A stretch of DNA of 64,000 bases from the NCBI GenBank assembly GCA_963676835.2, contig CAXXFF010000001.1, forward strand, positions 224,001-288,000. Direction: 5' to 3'. The notes beneath the pieces are model-generated. The model did no database searches. It saw only the letters and a program-made list of their open reading frames with translations, and was not told the DNA's origin. The translations under genes and the position numbers were made by a program. Source of the stretch: Marispirochaeta sp. Lineage in GTDB: Bacteria > Spirochaetota > Spirochaetia > JC444 > Marispirochaetaceae. Below are positions 38,844-47,841 of this stretch, one piece after another. Position 1 is the stretch's first letter; each line of letters opens with the position of its first letter.

Positions 38844-39589
38844 TAATCTTCAGGCATCTCGAAATCGTCAGGAATATCCAGGTTGGTGGAAACAGACTGT
38901 ATGTCATCATGATCATCAATACGTTCGATAAGCCGCATTGCCTTGGCGGTAGATTCGTCATCAAGGCTGATTGTTGTTTCCGGAACAAGGCTGACTTCTG
39001 CCATTTCTTCGTTAAACCCGGCAGCCTGAAGCGCATTGAGAACCGTCTCAAAATCTTCCGGCTCGGTTGTAACCTCAATGGTATCGCCGTCATGGCTTAC
39101 ATCTTCGGCTCCCGCCTCAAGGGCCGGCTCAAAAATATCCTCTTCAGAGTAGGTTTCATCGGAAAAAGCAATAATTCCCTTTCTTTTAAACATATAGGAG
39201 ACACAGCCGGTTTCCCCGAGACTGCCGCCGCCCTTCTGAAGGATACTTCTGACATCAGCAGCGGTACGGTTCTTATTGTCCGTAAGAGCCTCTATCATTA
39301 TAGCCACACCATTGGGGCCGTATGCTTCGTAGGTAAGTTCAATGTAATCTACACCGTCAAGATCGCCGGTTCCTTTTTTAACCGCCCTTGTTACATTGTC
39401 CTTAGGCATATTGGCGGCTTTTGCCTTCATAATTGCCGCACGAAGCCGGGGGTTCGCTTCCTCGTCGCCGCCTCCAAGCCGCGCTGCCACGGTAATTTCC
39501 TTGATAATCTTTGAGAAGATTTTTCCCCGTTTGGCGTCTGCTGCGCCTTTTTTATGCTTAATACTAGCCCATTTACTATGGCCGGACAT
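38843..39589 (-). CDS. yebC: YebC/PmpR family protein
   Basis: MSGHSKWASIKHKK, NPRLR, YEAYGP and TDNKNRT motifs. Confidence 0.97.
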   Translation of the reverse strand: MSGHSKWASIKHKKGAADAKRGKIFSKIIKEITVAARLGGGDEEANPRLRAAIMKAKAANMPKDNVTRAVKKGTGDLDGVDYIELTYEAYGPNGVAIMIEALTDNKNRTAADVRSILQKGGGSLGETGCVSYMFKRKGIIAFSDETYSEEDIFEPALEAGAEDVSHDGDTIEVTTEPEDFETVLNALQAAGFNEEMAEVSLVPETTISLDDESTAKAMRLIERIDDHDDIQSVSTNLDIPDDFEMPED

Positions 39590-39652
39590 ACAGTCTCCTT
39601 GAAATACTATCGTGATTTAACACAGAACAGTAGCACGTTCAAAAAATTGGTG

Positions 39653-40839
39653 TCAAGCAAAGGGCTTTCCATTGTCCATTTCTTCCCATGCTTCAAGAAT
39701 AAGCCTGTTCTGAGTAGAAAAAGAATCACCTCTCAGGCATAAACGATCATTCTCCACCTCACATAAGCCCTTTTCCAGCCAGCGGCCAAGGCTGTCTGGA
39801 ATAATCGCAGAAATATCCTTATCCAGGCGGGCCGTTATCGACGGTAGAAACAATCCACGCACCTGCCGGAAGCCCATAATAAGATGTTCAATAAAAAGAT
39901 CCTCAGGGCTTAAAAGTTCAGTATGAGTATATCCGTCCGGAGATTCCGTCAGATACTCCTCCAGGGATGAAGCTACAGATAGATGCCTTGCACTACGACC
40001 TCCTGATGCCCCGTTATTGTCATAATAGGATAATGAAACCGCCGAAGGCCCTAATCCGAGGTAGGGATTCATCTCCCAATACCCCTGATTATGCATACTT
40101 TCCGCACCGGGTCTGGCATAGTTGCTGACTTCATAGCGATGAAAACCTGCTTCTTCAATAATGCCGTAATCTTCCAGATCGCCCGGGACAGGACCATTAA
40201 AATGAGTTCCTGTTCTCACGGCCAGAGGAGTTCCATCTTCAATGGTTAAATCATAGATTGATACATGATCGACCATCTCGGGATTGAAACTGCCAAGTTC
40301 AGCCTGAAGATCATGAGCATATTGACCTGGCAGCCCACGGATCAGATCGATGGACAAACGCCCGCTCCAACAGTCTTTCAAACCTGATAGAGCATCATAT
40401 ACATCATCTACTGATCCATGTCTGCCGAGAAAATTGCGGGAATCCCTGAAGAAACTCTGTACGCCCATACTTATACGGTTAACAATGCTCTCTTCGAGAA
40501 GGCTGATTTTTTCATTTGATAAAGATTCGGGATTGGCCTCGAAGGTAATTTCCGCTGTTTTTTTTTTACAAAGTTCTGAAAAAGATTTATCAGGCGTTGA
40601 ATACCTTCGGCAGAAAGCATGGAAGGTGTTCCTCCGCCGATATAAACCGTAGAAAACTCCTGAATACCCTGATGTTCCATATTCTCTTCCAACTGACGGG
40701 AAATGGCAGCTATAAACCTCTTTTCAGTCTCTTCTGTCCACACAGGTTCTGAAAAGAAATCACAGTAGTCGCATTTTCGGGAACAGAAAGGTACATGAAT
40801 ATACAGAGATGAAACAGGATTTACCCAAGGACCGCTCAG
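39653..40839 (-). pseudogene. hemW: Radical SAM heme chaperone HemW (HemN-like), split by a frameshift at an A10 tract
   Basis: Frame 1: LYIHVPFCSRKCDYCDF...YIGGGTPS. Frame 2 after the A10 (40558-40567): EITFEANPES...NRISMGVQSF...YEVSNYA...HNQGYW. Could be a true pseudogene, a recoded gene or a sequencing error. Confidence 0.85.
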
Positions 40840-41582
40840 CGTTTCACCGACCAGTACGATAGAAGTACTTTTCCCAGTATTGCAGTATCGGGCAATGGCC
40901 CCCAGAAGCGGGAATCATCCATTATTTTACGGTTATCCCCCAGGACAAAATATTCACCATCCTTCAGGACTGTCATCTCCTGATTATAGGGCCCTGGAAA
41001 TATCCCGCCTTCAGAATAGATGGACATATCAATCAGAACTTCATAGGGGACAGGTGAAAGTTCATCTTCGCTGCGGAATGAAGGAGAACCCGCCGCCTTA
41101 ATGAAGCATTTACCGTTCTCAATATAGAGGGTGTCTCCGGGAAGACCGATAATTCTGCGGAGATACATGGTATCTCCCCGGTCTTCGCCAAGAATATCCG
41201 CAAGGCTTATTTTCTGAAAAGTAACTGTCCGTAAAACAGAATCGACCAGTGAAGTCAGCCGTGACTGATTTGCATTATATGCGGGACGCAGCAGAACAAC
41301 ATCGCCCCTGTCCGGATCGGTGAAGCCGAAGTATTTTTCACTGCCGGTACCGAAACGAATACCATAGGGAAGCGCTGCGGCAAACATCCGGTCGCCGTCG
41401 GTACAGGCAGGATTCATGGCATCACCATGTACGCGCACTGTCGTAAACCCTGTATAACCGAGAAGAAATAGAACTGCAAAGAAAATTAGAATGGTTATAA
41501 TAGTTTTAATAACCATTGTTCGCTGATGTTTTCCGCGAATATATGCTGACGAGCGGTAGAATCCGCCGCTTTTTTGAAACAT
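40836..41582 (-). CDS. Signal peptidase I (S26A) homolog lacking the catalytic Ser and Lys
   Basis: TM anchor, box B HGDAMNP, box C RGDVV, box D YLRRIIGLPGD, box E GDNRKIMDDSRFWG; start uncertain (41582 or 41516). Confidence 0.85.
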   Translation of the reverse strand: MFQKSGGFYRSSAYIRGKHQRTMVIKTIITILIFFAVLFLLGYTGFTTVRVHGDAMNPACTDGDRMFAAALPYGIRFGTGSEKYFGFTDPDRGDVVLLRPAYNANQSRLTSLVDSVLRTVTFQKISLADILGEDRGDTMYLRRIIGLPGDTLYIENGKCFIKAAGSPSFRSEDELSPVPYEVLIDMSIYSEGGIFPGPYNQEMTVLKDGEYFVLGDNRKIMDDSRFWGPLPDTAILGKVLLSYWSVKR

Positions 41583-41679
41583 AACGTAAGGGAGGCTATC
41601 AGAAATAGCAGCCTGCTGCAACAGTATCTCCGGGACTTGCACAGGCTCTATCTTTTACCTTAGACTGCGTAATCTGATT

Positions 41680-42141
41680 ATGGCAAAAGAAGGAATTAAG
41701 ATCCTTGCGGACAACCGCAAGGCACGATACAACTACCTTGTTCTCGACTCCCTTGAATGCGGGATTGCCCTGCAGGGCACAGAAGTAAAATCCCTGCGTT
41801 CAGGGAAATTCTCTTTTACCGATGCCTATGCGCGTATAGAGAATAACCAGCTCTGGCTTGTAGGACTGCACATCACCCCGTATGAATTCGGGAATATCTT
41901 TAACCATGTTCCCGACAGAAAGAGGCGTCTCCTTGCCCACAAGGACGAAATAAACAGACTGCGAAGAAAAGTCGATGAAAAGGGGCTAACCCTGGTTCCT
42001 CTGAAATTTTATCTGAAAGGACGTCTGGTAAAACTTGAAATCGGGGTATGTCAGGGAAAGAAACTGCATGACAAGCGTCAGAGCATTAAAGAACGGGACG
42101 ACAAACGTTCCATGGATAGAGAGTTTAAACAGCGGCTCTAA
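41680..42141 (+). CDS. smpB: SsrA-binding protein
   Basis: NRKARYNY, GIALQGTEVKS, RRLLAHK and GKKLHDKR motifs. Confidence 0.98.
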   Translation: MAKEGIKILADNRKARYNYLVLDSLECGIALQGTEVKSLRSGKFSFTDAYARIENNQLWLVGLHITPYEFGNIFNHVPDRKRRLLAHKDEINRLRRKVDEKGLTLVPLKFYLKGRLVKLEIGVCQGKKLHDKRQSIKERDDKRSMDREFKQRL

Positions 42142-42148
42142 GCTGCGC

Positions 42149-42177
42149 TTGATACCTTATCACTATTGCAGTATATT
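42149..42177 (+). promoter_or_regulatory. Sigma70-like promoter for ssrA
   Basis: TTGATA, 17 bp spacer, TATATT, 29 nt upstream of the mature 5' end. Confidence 0.6.
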
Positions 42178-42206
42178 ACGGATTAACAATTGATTATGCA
42201 TCCGTC

Positions 42207-42559
42207 GGGGGTGTAAGGGTTTCGACTGTGGGATGCAGAGTCATGAGTTGCAGGTGGAGCGGTACCTCCTTAATCTGCCAAAAACTATAACTGCTAACAA
42301 TAACGAAGCAGACTACGCAATCGCGGCTTAATTAAGCCTCGTCGGGTACCCGGGATGCTGCTCAGAAGCCCGGTGTGCTTGTAATAAATCAGAGCTTACC
42401 TGTTAAGAGGCCTGTGCTTCTCGGGGACATTTAAGCAGGCTGTGGATTCGGGAAGGGCTGCCGGCTCACCTCACCTGAACCGAGATCAAAGAGAAGGCTA
42501 AACCTGTAGAGATTTATGGCATGCCCTGTAGGACAGGGGTTCAACTCCCCTCACCTCCA
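42207..42559 (+). ncRNA. ssrA: tmRNA; tag (A)ANNNEADYAIAA* at 42293-42331
   Basis: 5' GGGGGTG...TTCGAC pairs with 3' CACCTCC-A (G3:U70 Ala identity); T-loop GGTTCAACTCC; tag ORF ends in AA-stop; directly after smpB. Confidence 0.96.
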
Positions 42560-42560
42560 T

Positions 42561-42593
42561 AAAAGACCTCGTCATTCGACGGGGTCTTTTTTT
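42561..42593 (+). terminator. Intrinsic terminator after ssrA
   Basis: AAAAGACCTCGTC-ATTC-GACGGGGTCTTTT followed by more Ts. Confidence 0.85.
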
Positions 42594-42749
42594 CAGGGAA
42601 AAACAGAAAGGGAGTTGAACCGGAATGAAGGCGCCCAGCATTTTCATCCTTCTTTCCATGATTTGTAGAAAAATCACTTTAAAAACTATTTTTTTATATA
42701 GCCCTGCCATGTGCTGTTGTAAGATAAGAAATATCTTACTCGGGGAGAA

Positions 42750-43751
42750 ATGTTCATGAACTTTAAACTACTGGGAAGAACTGGTGTATTTGTATCCGGA
42801 CTTTGCTTCGGAACGATGTCTTTCGGAGGAATAGCTGACAAAAACGAATCAGCAGCCATGTATAAAGCAGTCAGAGAAAAGGGAATAAACTTTTTTGATA
42901 CCGCCAATGTTTACAACAAAGGTGTATCCGAAGAGATATTCGGAGAACTGATGGCCCATGAGCGGGATGAACTTGTAATTACCAGCAAGTATTCCGTCCG
43001 TACCGGCACAGATGTAAATGCAGTAGGTTCGTCCCGGCGTCACCTTATGCTTGAAGTGGATAAAAGTCTGAAGAGATTGAAAACAGACAGGATTGATCTC
43101 TACTTTGTCCATAATTTTGACCCCTATACCCACGTGGAAGAAGTACTCAGGGCTCTTGATGATCTGGTAAAACAAGGGAAGATTCTCTACCTGGGAGTAA
43201 GCAACTGGGCGGCATGGCAGATTGCCAAAGCACAGGGACTTGCCTTTCATTACGGCTGGAGCCGTTTTGAATGCATTCAGCCCATGTATAATCTGGTTAA
43301 ACGGCAGGCGGAAGCAGAAATTATCCCCATGGCCATGGCTGAAAATATGGCTGTAATGACCTACAGTCCCCTTGCGGGCGGTATGCTAACCGGTAAATAC
43401 CTTGCAAAACAGGCACCTGAAAAAGGCCGCTTTGTTGAGCAGAAAATGTACGCCGACCGCTACAGCAGTGAGGAATACCTTAAAGCCACAGAGAAATTTG
43501 TCAACTATGCAGAAAGCCATGGAGTAAATCCTGCAACCCTGGCCGTTGCATGGGTTGCCGCCAGGCCGGGAATTACCGCGCCCATTATCGGTGCCCGAAA
43601 TACGGACCAGCTTAAATACTCGCTGGACGCGGGGGATTTTTCCATGACAACAGAAATGCATGGAGATATATCCCGGTTTTTCCCGGGACCACCACCGGCA
43701 AACGACAGATCGGAAGAGAATATAAGCAGTTCATATAAAATGCGGGGTTAA
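42750..43751 (+). CDS. Aldo/keto reductase
   Basis: LCFGTMSFG, FDTANVY, TSK, IDLYFVH (D/Y/K/H tetrad), GVSN and YSPLAGGMLTGKY. Confidence 0.95.
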   Translation: MFMNFKLLGRTGVFVSGLCFGTMSFGGIADKNESAAMYKAVREKGINFFDTANVYNKGVSEEIFGELMAHERDELVITSKYSVRTGTDVNAVGSSRRHLMLEVDKSLKRLKTDRIDLYFVHNFDPYTHVEEVLRALDDLVKQGKILYLGVSNWAAWQIAKAQGLAFHYGWSRFECIQPMYNLVKRQAEAEIIPMAMAENMAVMTYSPLAGGMLTGKYLAKQAPEKGRFVEQKMYADRYSSEEYLKATEKFVNYAESHGVNPATLAVAWVAARPGITAPIIGARNTDQLKYSLDAGDFSMTTEMHGDISRFFPGPPPANDRSEENISSSYKMRG

Positions 43752-43776
43752 GCATTCACTTGGCAAATGACAGCTG

Positions 43777-46197
43777 CTAATACATTTGGTAAATCAGAGC
43801 CAGGATCACCCTCCAGTCGAAGGGGTCACGATCTTCTGCAACAGACAATGCGGTATCGCCGAGATAATTATCAACCCCCACATTCAGATTGAAGGTCCAG
43901 AGACGGTCAACAGTTTTCCGTATTACTGCTCCATATGATACTTTTTCAATATCAAGCCATTGGGTATCATCCGGAATACCTGAGTAAAATGATTTAAGAT
44001 AACCATGGTCGGCAAGCTGCAAACCTGCGTACAGCCTCGCGGCCATGTTCATTTCCGAAAAAGCACGGAGATATTCCAGTTCTGCGTAAAATCTGGCCCC
44101 CCGGTAGGACTGACCGGAAGGGTCAGTGGCCGCTTCGGCGGAGCCCCAGAAAGATCCGAACAGCCTCATTCGCCCGGAAGCTATCGATTCGAATGATAAA
44201 GGGGTTTTATAACCTGCCACCGCATTGGTGGACGCTATCCCTTCTGCTCCTTCACCGCCACTAAAACCATCCTCGGCGGAAACACGCTGATCCACATGTT
44301 CAAACAATGCCGCAGCTTTTAGAGATAGATCAGCATAGAACGGGGATCCTTTTCTGTAGGCCACATACTCAAACTCTGGAAAACGAATAAAAAAGCGGTT
44401 GAACACACCAACTTCAAAATGGGGTATAATTGTATTCTCATAATCTTCAAATCCGCTGATTTCAGGTAGAAACTCACCAATCCCTCCCATCTCCATGCCT
44501 GAAATAACCGGAACCGGCAATGAGAAAGAGGTATCAATATTTTCAAGAGTTCCGGGAGGATTAATCTTTCCATCCAGAATCCCACCGTTTGCAACCGCCG
44601 GGACATCAGGACCGTCCACCGACCTTAACGTAAGACTTCCGCCGTTATCAACAAGACAGGGTCCCTCCAACTCGGAGAAAAATGCAAGAACCTGTCCACC
44701 CGTGGCAACAGTGACTGCACCCCGTATTACAGAATCCATGAAAAATGCACGGCTTCCCAACTCAACCGTGAGCTCTCCATCCTCCCCACCTATTTCACTC
44801 TGCATTACCGTCAGGGATGTATCATTACCATAAATATTCACTTTATTGATATCTGAATTACGAATAACCAGGGATGATCCGTTTTCTGCAACAAAGTTCC
44901 ACAAACCGGGGGAGACTCTTCGGTTAAAATACATCTGATAAAACTCAGGCTGCAGCATTCTCCCCGGAGGCAGTTTGTAGTTTCTTATTCCACTGAAATC
45001 AGCTTCATACCCTTGAGGTACAACAACCTCAATCCCAGATAGCTTCCCTTCCAGTATTGTTCCCGTAACACCGGGATGAAGCCGGAGCCCCCAGCTTACC
45101 TTTTCAGATTCCTTAACGTATACCCGAAACACAGACCTTCCATCCCAGGTTTTTATCCTGTCCTGCATGGGCAGGCGGGTTATTCCCTTAAGATTCTCAC
45201 CTCCATAGAGCCATAGCTTAAGCAGGTTACAGTCATTAATAGAAATTTCAGAATCCAGATCGTAGCGGATCTCGCCCATGTTTTCACAACGGGTTGCCTC
45301 TAACACAGACCCGCTTTCGATTGTATGCCTCAGGTCACCAACCCCTTCTACATTTTCCAGGATTATTTTCGACCCCTTTGATGCATGAATACCGGAAGGA
45401 TAAATGGATACAAGCCTGGCTCGCTGCATGGATACCCGGGCGTCCCGGGTGGCATTGATAACCTGACCGGAACGTTTGGTCTGAAAAAACCGGATAGAGG
45501 AATCTTCCACGTTCAGCTGACCACCAAACAGTAAAATCCTCCCATTTATCTGTATATTCGTTCCCCGTACAGTGAGAGTAGCACCCTTGTCGACAATCAC
45601 ATCTCCATTAATTTTCCAGGGATTGCTGATTTCAAGATCGTGGCTGATTCTGAGTATGCCATTATACTCCGGCAACTGGGGTAAAATCGATGTCAAATGG
45701 TGTATGACAATACGATTGCGCCGGGGAATAAAAGCATTCGCTGTTCCGGAATCATAAATTTCAAGTGAATCCTGAACCTCCGTCGAGTTAAGAGGATGGA
45801 GAAAAAACTGTTCTTCCGGCATGGCACGGAAATCATGAGGTTTCAGGGTTAAACGGTTTATACGCTGAGCTTTTACTTCTTTGACTGCCACATAGCTTCT
45901 ACTGCGGTAATCCTTAAGGGTAATTTGCAGTTCAGTGGCAGCGGCGGAGAAAATCTCAAGTCGTATTTCACTGAAATCCTTCAGTTCAAGTTGATGATGA
46001 ATAAAGTAGGGGGTGGAAATGGTGGAATATTCACGGAACAGGTAACGGGCCTCGAGAGGAGTGCCGAGAGCGTCAAGCATCTTCCACCCGTCGGTTACTT
46101 CAACCGTGTTAGTTTCAGCCGTCAGGACCGCTGGAGTAAGGCAGAAAAAAAGAGTAAGTAAAAGAAACGGAACAAGGCAAATGAATGGTTTCTTCAC
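43777..46197 (-). CDS. Exported protein: possible CBM-like domain + beta-helix-like region + MipA/OmpV-like C-terminal beta-barrel
   Basis: Signal peptide; GDVIVDKGATLTV-type repeats; C-terminal amphipathic strands ending ALIYQMY. Domain calls are by eye only. Confidence 0.6.
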   Translation of the reverse strand: MKKPFICLVPFLLLTLFFCLTPAVLTAETNTVEVTDGWKMLDALGTPLEARYLFREYSTISTPYFIHHQLELKDFSEIRLEIFSAAATELQITLKDYRSRSYVAVKEVKAQRINRLTLKPHDFRAMPEEQFFLHPLNSTEVQDSLEIYDSGTANAFIPRRNRIVIHHLTSILPQLPEYNGILRISHDLEISNPWKINGDVIVDKGATLTVRGTNIQINGRILLFGGQLNVEDSSIRFFQTKRSGQVINATRDARVSMQRARLVSIYPSGIHASKGSKIILENVEGVGDLRHTIESGSVLEATRCENMGEIRYDLDSEISINDCNLLKLWLYGGENLKGITRLPMQDRIKTWDGRSVFRVYVKESEKVSWGLRLHPGVTGTILEGKLSGIEVVVPQGYEADFSGIRNYKLPPGRMLQPEFYQMYFNRRVSPGLWNFVAENGSSLVIRNSDINKVNIYGNDTSLTVMQSEIGGEDGELTVELGSRAFFMDSVIRGAVTVATGGQVLAFFSELEGPCLVDNGGSLTLRSVDGPDVPAVANGGILDGKINPPGTLENIDTSFSLPVPVISGMEMGGIGEFLPEISGFEDYENTIIPHFEVGVFNRFFIRFPEFEYVAYRKGSPFYADLSLKAAALFEHVDQRVSAEDGFSGGEGAEGIASTNAVAGYKTPLSFESIASGRMRLFGSFWGSAEAATDPSGQSYRGARFYAELEYLRAFSEMNMAARLYAGLQLADHGYLKSFYSGIPDDTQWLDIEKVSYGAVIRKTVDRLWTFNLNVGVDNYLGDTALSVAEDRDPFDWRVILALIYQMY

Positions 46198-46248
46198 TCC
46201 ATAACTATATCTCAGGTACGGAAGCTTTAAAAACCATATTTTACCTTA

Positions 46249-46270
46249 ATCACCGGATTTTTCCGGTGAT
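46249..46270. terminator. Hairpin downstream of guaA (possible terminator, no clear U-tract)
   Basis: ATCACCGGA-TTTT-TCCGGTGAT, a perfect 9-bp stem. Confidence 0.4.
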
Positions 46271-46293
46271 CAGGCAAAAGAACTTAAATCAGC

Positions 46294-47841
46294 CTACTCC
46301 CATTCGATGGTGGCAGGAGGTTTGGAGGAAATATCGTAAACAACCCTGCCAATTTCTCTGACAGAGTTTGTTATCAGACTTGAAATCTCCAGAAGATCCT
46401 TCGTTTCAAAAGGATAGACATCTGCAGTCATACCGTCGCGTGATATAATCGCCCTGAGGGCAAGTACAAAACCGTACTCCCGGGCGTCTCCCGTTACCCC
46501 GACAGAGCGAACAGGCAGAAGTACCGTAAAAGCCTGCCAGATCTCATCGTAAAGATTTCTGCTTTTTAACTCGGAAATAAAAATGGCATCCGCCTCTCGA
46601 AGAATATCACATTTTTCCCGGGTTATATCACCAAGGATACGAACTGCAAGGCCGGGACCGGGGAAAGGATGACGACGAATAACATCTTCTGCTATTCCAA
46701 CAGTTCTTCCAAGCTGCCGTACCTCGTCTTTATAGAGTTTGTCCAGGGGCTCAATTATACGACCGGCGTCTCTTTTAGCCTCAACCAGCGGGGAACGTAC
46801 ATTGTGGTGGGATTTTATTACCTTGGCTTTCTTCCCCACACCTTTCCCGGATTCGATCATATCCGTGTAGAGTGTACCCTGGGCAAGGAAAGCATCACCG
46901 ATTGCCAGCTTCTCGACTTCCCTGGTCTGGATGGAAATAAACAGGTCACCTATTATCCGTCGTTTTTCTTCCGGATCGGAAACTCCCGCAAGAGAAGAAA
47001 GATACTCTTCTTCTGCATGTATAATATAGAGATTTTCTGCACCAAGAGATTTGAGTGTTTTCTCAACCTCCACAGACTCGTTCTTACGCATCATGCCGGT
47101 ATCTATATACAATAAATATACTTGATCATGAGGGAGTGCCTTTAGCAGAAGACCACCGACAACTGTAGAGTCAACACCGCCTGAAATCAGAAGAAGAACT
47201 TTTTCCTCTCCCACCTTCTCGCGGATTTCGGCAGAAACCTGATCAAGGTAGGCATCCATGGTCCAGCTGTTTTCTGTGCCGCAGATGTTTATAACAAAGT
47301 TTTTCAGAATTTCCGTGCCGTATTCACAGTGACTTACTTCAGGATGAAACTGAATGCCGAAGATATTCTTTTCCCGCAGCCAGCCGGCGGCGATATGATG
47401 CTCGGAGGTTGCAACAAGCTCAAACTCCCGGCCCAGTTTCTCAATACTGTCACCATGGCTCATCCAGGATACAAAGCCTTCCGGTATACCTTCAAAAAGG
47501 GGACATTCCGCTGCATATTCCACTTTGGAACGGCCGAACTCCCTTTTTTCAAGAGGAGCAACATTACCGGCATGGTCTTTGGTCATTCTTTGAAAGCCGT
47601 AGCAGATCCCCAGAACAGGCAGCCCCAGTGAGTAGACAGCCTGATCAACCTGGGGAGCTCCATCTTCATAAACTGAAGATGGACTGCCGGAAAAGATCAA
47701 TCCTTTTACCCCATTTAGGGGAAGATCCTGAGCAGGAGTATCACCGGGAACAATATCGGTATAGACTCCGGCCTCACGGATTCTTCTGGCAATCAGCTGA
47801 GTAGTCTGACTTCCAAAATCCAGGATCAGGATGCTTTCCAT
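46294..47841 (-). CDS. guaA: GMP synthase (glutamine-hydrolysing)
   Basis: LDFGSQ, GICYG, QFHPEV, SGGVDS, IKSHHNV and KPPATIEWE motifs. Confidence 0.98.
   Translation of the reverse strand: MESILILDFGSQTTQLIARRIREAGVYTDIVPGDTPAQDLPLNGVKGLIFSGSPSSVYEDGAPQVDQAVYSLGLPVLGICYGFQRMTKDHAGNVAPLEKREFGRSKVEYAAECPLFEGIPEGFVSWMSHGDSIEKLGREFELVATSEHHIAAGWLREKNIFGIQFHPEVSHCEYGTEILKNFVINICGTENSWTMDAYLDQVSAEIREKVGEEKVLLLISGGVDSTVVGGLLLKALPHDQVYLLYIDTGMMRKNESVEVEKTLKSLGAENLYIIHAEEEYLSSLAGVSDPEEKRRIIGDLFISIQTREVEKLAIGDAFLAQGTLYTDMIESGKGVGKKAKVIKSHHNVRSPLVEAKRDAGRIIEPLDKLYKDEVRQLGRTVGIAEDVIRRHPFPGPGLAVRILGDITREKCDILREADAIFISELKSRNLYDEIWQAFTVLLPVRSVGVTGDAREYGFVLALRAIISRDGMTADVYPFETKDLLEISSLITNSVREIGRVVYDISSKPPATIEWE

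Noticed and set aside
42498..42907. Short minus-strand ORFs (70 and 73 aa)
   Set aside because: Antisense to the tmRNA 3' end and the aldo/keto reductase start.
42560..46290. Genomic island integrated at the ssrA 3' end
   Set aside because: ssrA is a common att site and two accessory-looking genes follow, but I saw no integrase, no duplicated tmRNA 3' end and no obvious compositional shift.
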